A stretch of 64,000 bases of DNA, taken from the NCBI GenBank assembly GCA_037447605.1, contig CM074806.1:2356001-2420000 (forward strand), given 5' to 3'. Source of the stretch: Zygnema circumcarinatum SAG 698-1b (Eukaryota > Plantae > Zygnematophyceae). The position numbers and the translations under genes are program-made. The notes under the pieces are model-generated. The model was not told where the DNA came from. It worked only from the letters and a program-made list of their open reading frames with translations, and searched no databases. Below, in pieces: positions 51,893 through 64,000 of this stretch (the stretch's first letter is position 1; the number at the start of each line of letters is the position of its first letter).

Positions 51893-52465
51893 CCGTACAA
51901 ACCGAACAGGTTGAGTAATAAGAAATCAAAGATTTTGGTTTCTCAAAAAAAACCCTATTTGTGAACACGATTCATTTTAAGAAAGGAGAAATGAATTCCA
52001 TTTTTTTTTTCTCAATATAGATTTTATGGAGAACCAATTGAACATTGAACAAGTAAACATCGTTCGTGTTCAATTGGAGTTTTCCTTGGGTCCACCGACC
52101 AACAATGAGATGTTAGCAAATCGCAAAACGCATGGAACCGGAGGTTTGTACAGAAATTGTTGATCGGCTCGCCTGAAGAGTCATACGGCAAAAATCGCGC
52201 TCGTTTTGTTTTTTTTTTTGGCCGGATCCCTCAAATCGCACGGAACCAACTTAGCGAAAATTGAAATCCACACGTGCAACCAAACTTATTATTATTATTA
52301 TTATTGAGTCTATGAACCTTTTTCTTAAAACTTTTCGCTTTCTTAAATCGAAAAAGTCTCGACCTCAAGTGTTCAAAGTTCAGCCCTATTCAATAAGATT
52401 GAGAATTGAGAAATTAACTACTGTAAACTCGCTTAACAATTTCTGAACCTGTGCGGTTTTGCGGG
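51893..52465. mobile_element. Second copy of the TA-flanked TIR element (within duplication)
   Basis: TA|CCGTACAAACCGAACAGGTTGAG ... TTCTGAACCTGTGCGGTTTTGCGGG|TA. Confidence 0.6.
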
Positions 52466-53015
52466 TAAAGAAAATTGGAGATTTTTATTTCTGACAAGCG
52501 GGGGATTTTTACTGGATCAAAGAGTACGGCACCATTCAACAATGTTTGCATTTCGCCAGCGCGACAGGAAGATACTTTAGTTTTCGGGCAGGCAGATCGG
52601 CCCAGAGAAGAAATATGTTGAGGGCCCTTCATGCGAGAGCGTTGACCCTGGGCCTTGGCCTTAAGGGCTGGGGAGTGGGGAGAGGACCCGTTGGCATAAT
52701 GACAAAAATACAATCTTCAAGCTTAGTCAAAAGTCGTCTACTTTCAGCGAATGAAATGTCGCCACGTCGACTATTATCTCACAGAACTATTATCTCTTAT
52801 TATCTCTCTTATTATTATCACAGAACGGGTCAGCCACTACGTTAAGGACCGCTTCCGTGTGAGGAATTGTCGTAAATTCATACGGTAGATTTTGGCGCAC
52901 ATTTGGAGGGCGGGGAGTTGACTTTACCGAGGGGAGAGGAGGAAGAGAAGGAAAAAGGCCAGACAAGATTTAGAAGCTTAAGCTGAAAGAGAAATTCCTG
53001 AAAGGAGTTTTTGAA

Positions 53016-55395
53016 ATGATTTCCTCTTGCAATTTACAGGCGGCAGAGCTCATTTCAGGCTCGCTGTCGGAGAGGCCATTTTTATCATCGAACGGTGGGA
53101 AAGTGTTGAGAAGGGACGACAGGAGCAGCCATGAAGGCGGCATCACCAGCAGAGTAAGGCGGCGCTATTTGCAACTTTGAGTTGCAGCCGCCCTTCGTTC
53201 CACTAGCTTGGTCGTCTTGGCTTAACTATGAGGTCAACGATGTAATGCTCGAACGTTCGGCACGTGATTTAATGTGTTGAAATGAGTTCTTTGTAAGGCG
53301 CAGGTGCACGTCTTTCGAAAACATGGAGGGAACATACCATTAGCCAAGTGTGAAGCTGCGAGTCAGACTAGTAAGTTTCCAGGAAAGCTCTAGGTGTTTG
53401 ATCCTTGTCCAGTTCATTTTCACTCGAAGTTTTACATGCCGAACGCCTGGTATTGAAATGTAACTCCTAAACGACTGAATGTCTGAAATGACTTATTTGA
53501 CTCGGAAATTTAGTAAAAAAATGAGAATCAAACTACAAGCCGATAATTTTGGACATTAATGTTTTATACGGCTTACAAACAATGGCCATGGATATACGAG
53601 CAGAAGCTGCAGAGGGCACCAATACAAGCCAATGGTTTCAGAAGACAATACAACTTCCAGCTTTCAGCAGGTCAGAGTTAAGCTATTGTTTGCATATTTC
53701 CTCATCTTGACTCTAGAATCGATCAATTTAAGATTGTCATTTCATACGGAAAAAGGCCACCCTCATACATCCATGCTTGAAAGTCTACATCATTCCTCGC
53801 TGAAGTTGTCCGACTGCATCCTTGATTACACTTACGTCAAATAAAGCTTTCTTCAATCAGAGACCTGTGAATGCAGCCTGTCGGTGCTGTATGTAGGCCG
53901 GGCACGGTGAGGGGTTCTGATATTGGTTCTGGGCGGTTGAATCTGGCTATGGCAGAGGCTGCCACATAATCACCTCTCATATTTCGCGCGCTGTTCCAGA
54001 AATCTCACAGTACCAAGTCGGTATCGTCAATATCTTTGGTACGTGGCTTCTGAAATGCAAAGTTTGGTGAGTGCGGAGAGTCGATAAATTGTTTTACACA
54101 AGATGGCCTTATTGCTTTATTTAAAATCTTGTAATTCTCCGCGGTGCGTGACTGCTTGATGCTGCAGTAATGCACACATCAGCTAGTCTCACCATTAATG
54201 AGAACGCCAGCTCGGATGTACCACTGGATATGGAGGATGCTTTCAACCGGCTAGTTCCAGAGGTGCTTGAAACTCCGAATGGACCCTTTTCCAATTTGGC
54301 CGACGCGAAATTTTCAATATCAATTCAAGCTGCTTCGTGTCAAAGTAGAGCGTGGGCATCCACATGAAAGGGAAGGAATGCACATAGCTTTTGCACGAGG
54401 AGACTTATTGTAGGAGATGTTTCAGCGGAAGCCTGTGCTGAAGTCTCAAAGGAGTAATTATCACGTTCAGCTCTTAATTGTTGCTTCCTTGCCATTGGAT
54501 GTTGGAAATATGCAGGGTAATCAATATCGGCATTTGGATGAGGGCTACGATGACATGCCTGGTAGGATTTGTGCACTTATTCGTTCCTTTTGAAGCAGAA
54601 CATCTAAGCGTCCTTGTACTATTCTCTGTGCTACCACCCATGGGTATAGGTAGTGAGTGTCAGATTAGTGATTGATTTCTTTGATGCAGATCCCCATTCA
54701 GCATGTTCGTGCTCAGCCAAAGCAGAGTTCCCAAAGTTCTCGAACTCTTGTCGCCGGCCTGGATCCCAGGCTCTGTGCTGACTTTCTCCTCTGTCAATAT
54801 GCCTTCTGCCTGTTCCTTTTACTCTGCAGCTCATGTGAAGTCGTCCATGATGGGCTGCTCCCTCACAATTCCTATCAGCAATGGCCGGCTGCATCTTGGT
54901 ACTTGGCAGGTAAATGGTCGCAGTCTCTCCATGCCAGTGTTCAAATTTATAGTCACACTGGGTCTACAAGACAGATGCTTTTTTTTTGTATGCACATAAG
55001 TTTTTGATGCATCACATTCTTAGTTGGAGTCTCTACGCATGAGAGAGGCTTATAAGTTCGTGCTGCTTCCCTCAGAAGGAAGGCATGGCAGTTAATTACT
55101 GTGTTGTCGATCCATTTAAAGGGAACAATGGAATCCATTCCTTCGTAAATACCAGATTTATAGGATCGCGGAGGAAGTTAGAGGAAGTAGAGGATTCGCC
55201 TGTGTTTGCGGAGCAATGCATTATTTAAAAGGGCACTGAAATCAGCTTAGGGGGGGAAAAGAATTGGAAGAGATCAGCAGCTTAAAAGGCGGGAGATGTG
55301 AGCAGGGCATCTGGCTCAATGAGCATCGCAACTACGGTGGGCCCCGCCGGCTGTGCATCACCATCCAGGGCCAACCGAGAACAGACGGGAGGTGA
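53016..55395 (+). CDS. YjbQ/UPF0047 family protein (secondary thiamine-phosphate synthase-like), with probable N-terminal targeting peptide
   Basis: Exons ~53016-53153, 53304-53370, 53604-53670, 53957-54038, 54168-54262, 54516-54561, 54830-54909, 55306-55395. [64 protein letters not shown]. Confidence 0.9.
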
Positions 55396-56617
55396 GCAGC
55401 TGCTTGCTGAATGGGGTGAATGAGCAGCCAAGTTTTTAGAGCCATTTTCTCGTTTCCATGTTGAACTGCAAGTTAGTCCTTTTTGGTCGCGCGTGGTGAT
55501 ACCCCTCGTACAGGGTACAGTAGTGTAGGAGTTTTGATTTTTCTTTTTGGTCCCCCATTGGGAAGGGAACTTGGCTGTGCTCGATGCTTTTCCCAAGTAG
55601 GCTTGTTTAGGCATTTTTACAGCTTGTCAGAAGATCTCTTGAAAGTTTCGAAGCATGACATTGAGCTGCAGCAGTCTTTCGGGTCCGTAGACGACATCGT
55701 ACAGACGTGATTGCCATACTCGAAAGAACTGGAGGGAGAGAGGTGGGAGAGGGTACAGGTAGAGAAGTGAGCAGCATTTTTTCCAAAGCGGCAACCGTTG
55801 CTAGGCATGATTGCCCCCCTGCCCTCTGGATGTCTGGTCGTCCGTGTCGATTGGTACGATGTGTTGTTTTCAAAGACTTAGCAATTTGGGTGGCACTTTG
55901 CAGGCAATATGGACCTTCATCCGTCTGATTTTGAAAAACTAAAGGATGTACCATATAGAAGTGATTGGTAGCTTCAGTGAAGCCACCTTGCACGAGAATA
56001 TTTAGACGCACCTTTGCACCTGGGATTCGAGTACTTCTGCATTGGCGGCTTCTATGATATGTCACTCGCGATAGAGAGACAGCGATGAAATCTTTGAAAT
56101 AAGGCCATTATAATACCTTTGTATTGGGAGACTTCAATCTTAGAAAAACGCCGCTGAAAATGGCTAATTTAGTTCTGAATCGGGTGTGGCTCGTTGCTTG
56201 AACGTTAGATGTAGGTATATTGTACGCATCAAGTGACTCGCGCGATTGTATTCCTGACCGTTTCTGAACTCCCAGAAAATATCCGCTCCTTCTGTACAGT
56301 CAAATTTGAAATACCGTGATGAAGAACTGACCCTGAAAGCATTGAAACTTTGATAAAGGCTGAAAGCGTGGATTAGATTCAAAGCGGAGCTCGCGAGTTT
56401 TAAAGGAAACCACGAGGGCCTCCGCAGACGACAAGCGGCGCCGAAAAAAAACTGCAGGTGGCCGCCAGTTGTATGGAGTACGGACACAGAGTGGCCGTAC
56501 CGTACGAAAACCGGGAAACCGCCAAAACAGCAGAAACCACGAGCGACAAGGGGAAAACTACTCGTGGAAGCAGCGGAGAGCAACGGGAGCTGAGGATGAG
56601 GCGGCAGAGAAGCAGCC

Positions 56618-59600
56618 ATGGCGGGGAGGGCGCGGTTAGGGGCGGCCATCAACTGGTTCCCTGGCCACATGGCGGAGGCCACGCGCCAGATGCGGGAGCG
56701 CCTCAAGGCTGTCGATCTCGCCGTGGAGGTGCGAGACGCGCGGGTGAGTGCTCATGTGACTGGAGCATTCTGCGTTGGGGGAACGCGCAGCATTTTGCTC
56801 GAGATGTGGGTGAGCGTGGATTATCGTAAAATTCATGTCGCTCACAGGCTTGGTCAGCTCTCAGGAAAAAATGCTCAAGTTATTGAAAGGCGAGTGTCAA
56901 ACTCTGCGCTACGAAAGAGAGTGAGCTGAACTTTGCTTCAAAGAAGGAGAATGAGGATAAATTCCCTGAGGTGTTGACGAATTTCGTGCAGATGAGAGCA
57001 ATATTGGGATAAAACAATCGCAATAGCCGTCGTGATCCAGATAATGTACGGGCCGGAATCAGAGGGCCTTTATGCGATATGTGAACCGTGTTTGTGCAAA
57101 TGTGAATCAAACGCTAAAGTTTAGAAACTAAATTAGCAATCTAGTGGTGAGAAGGGGTACATAATATGATCTTGTGTAACTTCCACAAATCAACTGTTGA
57201 AATACATTTTAGAGGGATCCGGTTTTTGCATTGTCGCTTATGCTACCTTTCGTCCGTTTATTGAGATTATGCAATGCCGTATGTGTGTAGAATGTTAGGC
57301 CGCCTGGGGAACATGGAACGCTATATGTTGAACAAATAATTATGAACCCGATCTCTCGAGTGCTCAGGATGGAAAATGAAGAGACTTTCGGGGGGTTGGG
57401 GCTTGCGTTGCATGTTATTAAGTTGCAGATTCCGCTGTCTTCAGCAAACGAGCAGCTGGATGAGATGCTACGGCACAAGCGGCGCCTCATTGTGTTGAAT
57501 AAGCGGGACTTGGCGAACCGAAACCTGGAACAGGTGAATGATAAACGGTTCATTGATTTGGATGTAATTGTGGGTGTAACAGAGAAAACGTAATGTTTAG
57601 TGCACGCCTATTGGTTCCATAGCTTGATGGCTGAGCCGTCAAGTGCTTTATCGCATACCCTACTGGCCTGAGAAGAGTATTATAAATGGTTCCGGAAGAT
57701 GACTAGACTGGAGGGAGGAGAGGAGAGTACAGGGAAATAGTGGGGAGTATTGAAGCTGGCACTGTGCAGATGGGCCATGCGGGCCATTACCATTGCAGCT
57801 TTCCAAATGTGTGATTCGAAGGAAGGGCTGTGGTTCACACGTCTCTGGAAGGGGACGGCTTGCAGAAATGGTCGAGTTTTTTCACTGAGAAGAAGCAAAC
57901 ACATGTGTTCGCTAGTACCATACATCCTGGTTCTGTGTTAAAGGTAGGCTGTTTGTTTTTCACTTTGGTATTCAGAGAGCCACTTGTCTAATTGGCAATT
58001 TCTGCCCAAGCAAAAAATTTTTTTTTTTTTGAGCAGCCGTAGAGGACAATAGGAAGTTCTGCTACGATTGAAAAGCGCCTGCGTACGAAAACTGAAGTGC
58101 GTCATGGAGCCCATCACGGTTGACGGGGGCCGTGCAGGTCATGAAAATAGCTCAGGATTGGTTGTCTCGAGAGCGAGGGAAAGACCCCCTGCTGGTCATC
58201 ATGGTGGTGGGGATGCCAAATGTTGGAAAATCAGCACTTATAAATGCGATGCACCGGCAAGGCCTGCCACACTTAGCAGGTGCCGACTCTTCCGACCGAG
58301 ACCTTGTTATTTCATGGTTTAATTCACGGATGGAAGTCCTCATACATTTCCATGCAGGGGGCTAGTCAATGATTGGATTCTCCAGTGCTTTCCACTTTGT
58401 GCCTTTCACGCGACACATTATTGTAGCATCTTACTTTCAATCATATTTTTGTGCTTTGGGGGGTATGAGATTGCACGGATTTGATTGTAGCGCAGGGAGA
58501 GGCAAAGACAGCAAAAGTTGGACCGCTGCCGGGAGTCACACGCCACTTGGCAGGCTTCAGGGTCGGTTTTTCAATACTCAATTGCAGTCTTGAATGAAAG
58601 CATGAACCTTGTTTGAGTCAACTGGTCACCGTTTATCGCTCTTGAAAAGCGAACTGAAAGTCAAGGGGAAACGGGGTGAGTTCTATTTGCAGATTGCAGA
58701 TAAGCCCTGCACTTATGTTCTGGATACGCCGGGAGTGATGGTACCGAACGTGAAAGATGTGGAGGTGGGCTTAAAACTTGCGCTTACAGGTGCACCCTGC
58801 TCCCTTCAGGTGACTTCTGGGGGGTTTGACCTTGCTTCAGTGACAAAAGCATGATCGTCATGGGTAGGGCAAGATTTGAGCATTCGTGCCCTTTCTAGAG
58901 TGCTGATATGCTGTTGATGCTAAGCATTAGTCTGCGGCTAACAGTTATGGAGGACATGGCAGGAGCTGTGAAGGATTCAGTTGTAGGGGAGGATCGATTG
59001 GCGCGATTTCTTCTGACTACGCTTAATGCACGGCAGCGCTCCACATACGAGCGAAGTACCGGTTTTGGTGAAGTTCCAGTGAGTGACAAAGACCAAGTAA
59101 GAATGCCTAAAGTTTCCTTCGCTTTCTGAGAGCACCTGTTTTGCTGCAGTTTTATGCTATGTAGAAACCCAGATAGTTTTTGGGCGGCCACTGCTTCACG
59201 GTTTTATTGACCGGCAAAAACGTGTAAATGTCAATCTCTCAGTCGAGTGGGTTTCTTTTCTACCTCTAGCTGCTGTTGGAGCGTTTTTTGCAGCTGCAGT
59301 ATTCAGATGAGGTGGAGCTGGTCCTTGAACCAGCGTCATGCACTAGGAAAATGGGTTTTTCTTGCCTGTCATGTGCACTTGGTCCTAACAAGGATGAAGC
59401 TAACTGACACTTTCTGAAATCTGTGGAGAAGGGTGTGCAGAAGACAAGCATGGCAGACTATGTTGCAGAAGCAATGGCGTTGCCGTGGGAGAACCCAGAA
59501 AGCGACGAATGCCCCGAGGATGGGATGGAGGTCCGCGTTGAAAAGCAAATGCAGTTTTTGAGAAAATGCCTGCGAATACCTCACGACAAAGGAGACGACG

Positions 59601-59710
59601 GGCAGACGGTCCTGTCGCGCCGCCTCCTTCAGCTGTACAGGACTGGAGCCTTGGGCCGCTTCACGCTTGATAGGGTGCCGCTTGTCGACCATTCAGACAG
59701 TGGCGGATGA
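56618..59710 (+). CDS. SIN2: Circularly permuted DAR GTPase, RbgA/YlqF family (SHORT INTEGUMENTS 2-like, mitochondrial ribosome biogenesis)
   Basis: INWFPGHMA...EVRDARIPLSSAN, LNKRDLAN (G4), VVGMPNVGKSALIN (G1), VGPLPGVT (G2), YVLDTPGV (G3), GLKLALTGAVKDSVVGEDR and YRTGALGRFTLD. Confidence 0.88.
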
Positions 59711-60307
59711 TGTCTCAGGTTGCGGCCTTGCTGCGTCTGTGGGTCGTGATTGCGACTTCTGACCCCAAGCGATAACAAAAGCTATTGCACCGAATGTTCC
59801 ATTCAATGCCGGCAGCCCAACTGTGCTACTTGTGGTTTTGGAAACTCTAGACATTGGCATGCACGCTTCCTTGCTACGTCAATGTCAGACCTGAGGGGAC
59901 GGTGTATAGTTGGTGGATCGAGAGCGCTATCAACCGCGGATGTCATGCCTTCGCTCGTGTGAAGTACAATACCCGGATAAATCTGGATGTTGGATGGGTT
60001 GGCCACACGATACGAAATGGCCGTCCACAGTATAAAGGACATCACGAGATCATCACGACCATCACATGACAGCGCATGTCCCCGACTTCCCACATTACTT
60101 CATCGCAGCTGACACCAATGAAGCTCTTACTTCAATCAACTGGCCTCGCCATTCCCATCGAGACACAACTTTTTTAGAAGAAAAGAAAAATAGCAATTTA
60201 CAAAAAGCTAATCGTTGGCTGCAAAATCTCCCGTAATTCGACTGCGCTAAAAAAAAGTACGGGCAACAATAGAGCCCCAACTCTTAACCCTACATACCTT
60301 CTGATCC

Positions 60308-62579
60308 CTAAAAGCTTTCTTCCCTCCAGAAGCGCACGCTCCGGTCCGTCCCGCAGGTCACGAACTCCCCCGTCGCGGGGGAGTGCTCAAGCCATTTGGG
60401 CGCGTTTGCGTGCCCAGAGGGGAGGCGGGCCACAACTTCCGCCGTCAGGGCGTCCCACACAACCACCTGGCGGGAGGGGCAGGCAACTTGAACGGATTTT
60501 TTGTGACCATAGAAATGGAGCACGGAACAGACAAGGACACGGAAGCAGGGCACGATTGTGGGAAAGAACAAGAACATTCAGCAAATGCAGGCGTTGTACT
60601 TCAGAATTATTAGTAAGAAGAGACACTTGCAATTCGCTGCACCCCAAGTTCTTTCTTCCCGTTGACTCACCTCATTGCTGATTTCGTCAATGCACAACAC
60701 AAAGTCTTCTTTGTGGCTGAACGTTGCCTGCAGTCCAAATCCATCACATCGCTAGTTAAGACTTAGAATAGAACCCTAAAAAACGCAAAAATGAAATGAA
60801 TACATGTGAAGGAGTCACTAGGGAATCTCTGGAAACTGGAATCAGGCCTGCAGTAGATATCCAAACCAAATGTGCTTTGAGAAAAAAATCAAAAAATGGT
60901 GTCAAAGCCAACCCCCCTGCAAATGGGTTTCCGTAACATCTTGACATATGTATTCTACAAGCCCTTGAACTCTAACCCCCAAAGAAAGTTCCTAGTGAAG
61001 GAGGGGCATGACTCCACCTGACTCCGCGTGTTGCCGTGCTGTGCTCCTATGTAATGCTTCACCTGTCGGCCACTCGCCACTTCCCACAGCCGTACAGCGG
61101 AGTCCTTTCCAAAAGTAAGGATGTAGCTGCAGCCCATGTCCAGCCCCCCCCACTATGTCTTTTAGGGTGAGGGTCAAGTGAAGGTCTCCCAACTTTCCAC
61201 AGAGTACGGCCATCTTGTTCCTCATCCCTTTTCCTTCACCTTCTGCTTTCTGTTATGAGCACATGTGTGGTGCTCGCCTACCGCTGGTCTCGTGTGAACG
61301 CAGCGCTTGTCGCTTCTGCCGTTCCATGTGCGTTACTGATAGCACGGATACAGTGCGCACTCACTCCGTCCCAGAGTCGTACTCCGCCGTCTTTGTTGCA
61401 TGTAACATACATTCCTCCAGTTGGGCTGTACCTGACCTGCAACATTTATAGAATATTTAGGGTTTCAAGTTTGAAGGAATTCACGCTGTTCCGAGGCATA
61501 TGCAGGCAATACCGATTTCAGGGAGGATGGGAAAAAGGGGGGAGGGGGGGCGGGGTTCTTCGGTTTTCAGTGTGCTTAACAAGCAGTTTCAATTGTTTAT
61601 CTTTAGAAAACAGAAACCAAACAATAAAGCACAGAAGTTCGCAGCAGCCATATCAATATTCAGCTGTTTGGATGGTCTTGTAAGAGAATTGAGAGATCTG
61701 TGACCAGATTCAGGCTGTGCTCGAACCTGGTTAATAGCTCCTCCGAGATGTCCATCTTGAACAGACGAAGATAGAAAGCACTGAAACGTATTTACATTGT
61801 AAAGATGCGCGATCGGATGATCGGTTCCTGCAAGAACATCACTACACACATGCTCAATGCTCCGGAATCACAGAGGTAGAAAACTTGTCTTGAACTCAAT
61901 TTAACAACTTTACTTTTCCACTATCCTCTTTGCAGTCAATTGCGTATCTGGTATCAACGCATGAAGATGCTAAAGGCCACCACTTTACCTGCGATCAGGT
62001 AATCGCCACATGGATGGAACGCAACGGAACGGACGTTATGTGTATCCTGCAACAGTCCATTCACAGTATGAACTCAAACCGTTGAAACTTTTGGGGAAAA
62101 TGCTTATGTTATTGCCCTCTTCAGTCACCTCTGAGAGTGTCAGCAACATATCACTCACGTACTGGAAAAAAAGGGGTCAATGGAGCTTATCATCATACAA
62201 AGAGCACCTAGATTAGCATTTCCATGCAGTGAAAACATGCTCTTGCTTCATTAGGTCGTACCTGAATCACACGAAATGCTCGTTTTGCACTTGTTTTTGA
62301 AAAGTCAAAAAACCTGGATAAGAGAAATTGATAAATAAATCAGCAAACAAGAACTGGCGAGGAACACTGCCAAGTTGTGTCGAAAATGACTAAGGGATTT
62401 GGCCAAAGAATGTCAGTCTGAGCCTTACTTGATCGCACGATCTTTAGCGCCCGAAATGAGAATAGCCGACTGGGGATGGAAGTCAAGATCATTTATGGGC
62501 TGCGCAACACTCACCAACTAAAGAATTAACAATGCAAACAAAATTGTGCACCAGACAGAAGGGGAGGGCGACCTATGCC

Positions 62580-62619
<40 letters not shown>

Positions 62620-64000
62620 GGGACTCGTGGCGTTCAGCACAAGAACTAGCAAAGTGAGTCGTACATTCATCCCCACTTGCATTTGGTATAACACACACAG
62701 CACAAGGACGAGCTAAACAACTGCACGCAAGTTTGAAAATGGTGACACTGACCAACATGCATGTGCCAAATTACGTGCTTAATGTCAGTTTCAAGTCAAA
62801 CTGTCGCATTCAACTATGCTCTGTTAAAAGCATGGCATGCTGGTTTCTTCCCCAAAGAAATTACACAACAATACCTGTGTGTGCTCATAGAATTGCCGAA
62901 TCTCCGGCCTCAGGTCGGTGCCTTTCCGTGCCTCCGGGTCCAGAAAGAGACGCATCTTCTCTACCTGCACAGAAAAAATGGCATGCTTACGAACTTTGTA
63001 AAGTATTGAATGGGCAACAGGAATGGAAGACCTTTCAAGACTGCCTACATCACTCAAACTAGCCCACAAAAAGACTAGTTTAAGTGAATTCGGTCCAATT
63101 CAGAAGTAAGTAGAAATTCCAGGGCTTCTCCACAAGGGTAGGGGCATGCAGTAAACCTGCGAATACACAAACATGGGTGTTTTTTGAATGCTGAAATTCC
63201 ATTCATTGTTTCCCTTTATTTTCAGGCCACCCGGAACTCACCTCTAAAAGCTTAATGCAAGTGTCTGCGCTCCCTGTGGCAACGAGTCTGCCATCTGGGC
63301 TGAACCGTGCACACCTCACAACATTCTGAGGCAGAACAAAGCCAAGGGAGGGCATGAATGCGGGGGGGGGAGGGAGGGAGAGGGAGGGAGAGGGAGAGAG
63401 CGAGGAGAGGAAAGAAGGGAGGGAGGGAGGGAGACCGATTGAAAGCCATGCTAGAAATTAGAGTGAAATATGGAATACATATTTCTTGCTGCTTTGATTA
63501 ATGCAATAGCAACGGCATGTGGTCATGCAAAAACCGTCCACTTGAACTCGAGCTGTCTGACCTCATCATAACCCAGGCGACTTTACGAAGTAAACACATT
63601 TCTGCAATACTAAACAATGTCAGCAAGACAAAAGTCTTGATGCTTTTGACGATTGACTTAAAACTATGAAAAAAGAAAAAGAATAAAAAAGTGGAGAAGG
63701 GCTCAAATGAGGAGCACCTGCCTTATGCTCAGTTACATGCTTCGACTCATGCGCAGGAAACGACCGAGAAGGATCCTTAACTGGGCCGCTGCTTCCCGCC
63801 CCCAGCCATGGCCATGGCAGCAGAAGGAGGAGGTGAGGCGCATAGGGAGCCGGCGCAGCCATAAGGAGCGCTGCCACCTGCACCGTAATGGGCCTCCTGT
63901 CACGCTCAAGGAACGCTCTGCTATGGACTCTCTAGCTACCTCTTCAGCGGAACAAACGTAGATAGTTAGTCATACTTATTGTTCATGGAGAATATCACAC
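60308..64000 (-). CDS. CSTF1: Cleavage stimulation factor 50-kDa subunit (WD40), 3' part
   Basis: SFPAHESKHVTEHKNVVRCARFSPDG, AQPINDLDFHPQ..LISGAKD, FFDFSKTSAKRAFRVIQDTHNVRSVAFHP, TDHPIAHLYNVNTFQCF, LEHSPATGEFVTCGTDRSVRFW; 5' end beyond window. Confidence 0.92.
62580..62621 (+). repeat. Compound (TG)n(AG)n microsatellite in CstF-50 intron
   Basis: TG run followed directly by AG run. Confidence 0.9.

Larger units (their letters stand above)
48377..53799. repeat. ~2.7-kb direct duplication (48377-51078 and 51089-53799) separated by a 10-N gap
   Basis: Colinear near-identical sequence covering metacaspase intron 1/exon 1, the divergent promoter and YjbQ exons 1-3; offset ~2.71-2.72 kb. Confidence 0.95.

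Noticed and set aside
56164-56706. 180-aa minus-strand ORF over the SIN2 promoter
   Set aside because: Antisense to SIN2 exon 1/5' region with no homology signal.

Overview
Intron-rich eukaryotic nuclear DNA from the green lineage, most likely a streptophyte alga. This is inferred from land-plant-like SIN2, APE1, type II metacaspase, HIP and CstF-50 genes together with a bacterial-type plastid sulfate-binding protein that angiosperms lack. Twelve spliced genes can be reconstructed, in order: 3' part of 2-oxoglutarate dehydrogenase E1 (+), PfkB kinase (+), APE1/DUF2854 (+), sulfate-binding protein (+), a plastid-type protein with a degenerate glucan-phosphatase (SEX4/LSF-like DSP) domain, long coiled coil and C-terminal TM segment (-), prolyl 4-hydroxylase (+), class 3 lipase (-), HIP/ST13 (-), type II metacaspase (-), YjbQ/UPF0047 (+), SIN2-like DAR GTPase (+) and 3' part of CstF-50 (-). 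Non-coding highlights are a ~370-bp MITE-like family built from short palindromes (two copies, both in promoters), a ~600-bp TA-flanked TIR element, a 2.7-kb duplication of the metacaspase/YjbQ divergent promoter across an assembly gap, and four predicted GC-AG introns. The best novelty candidate is the pseudophosphatase/coiled-coil/TM gene. Its DSP domain is split over small exons and is not visible in the ORF track. Exon coordinates were derived by hand and may be off by a few nucleotides.
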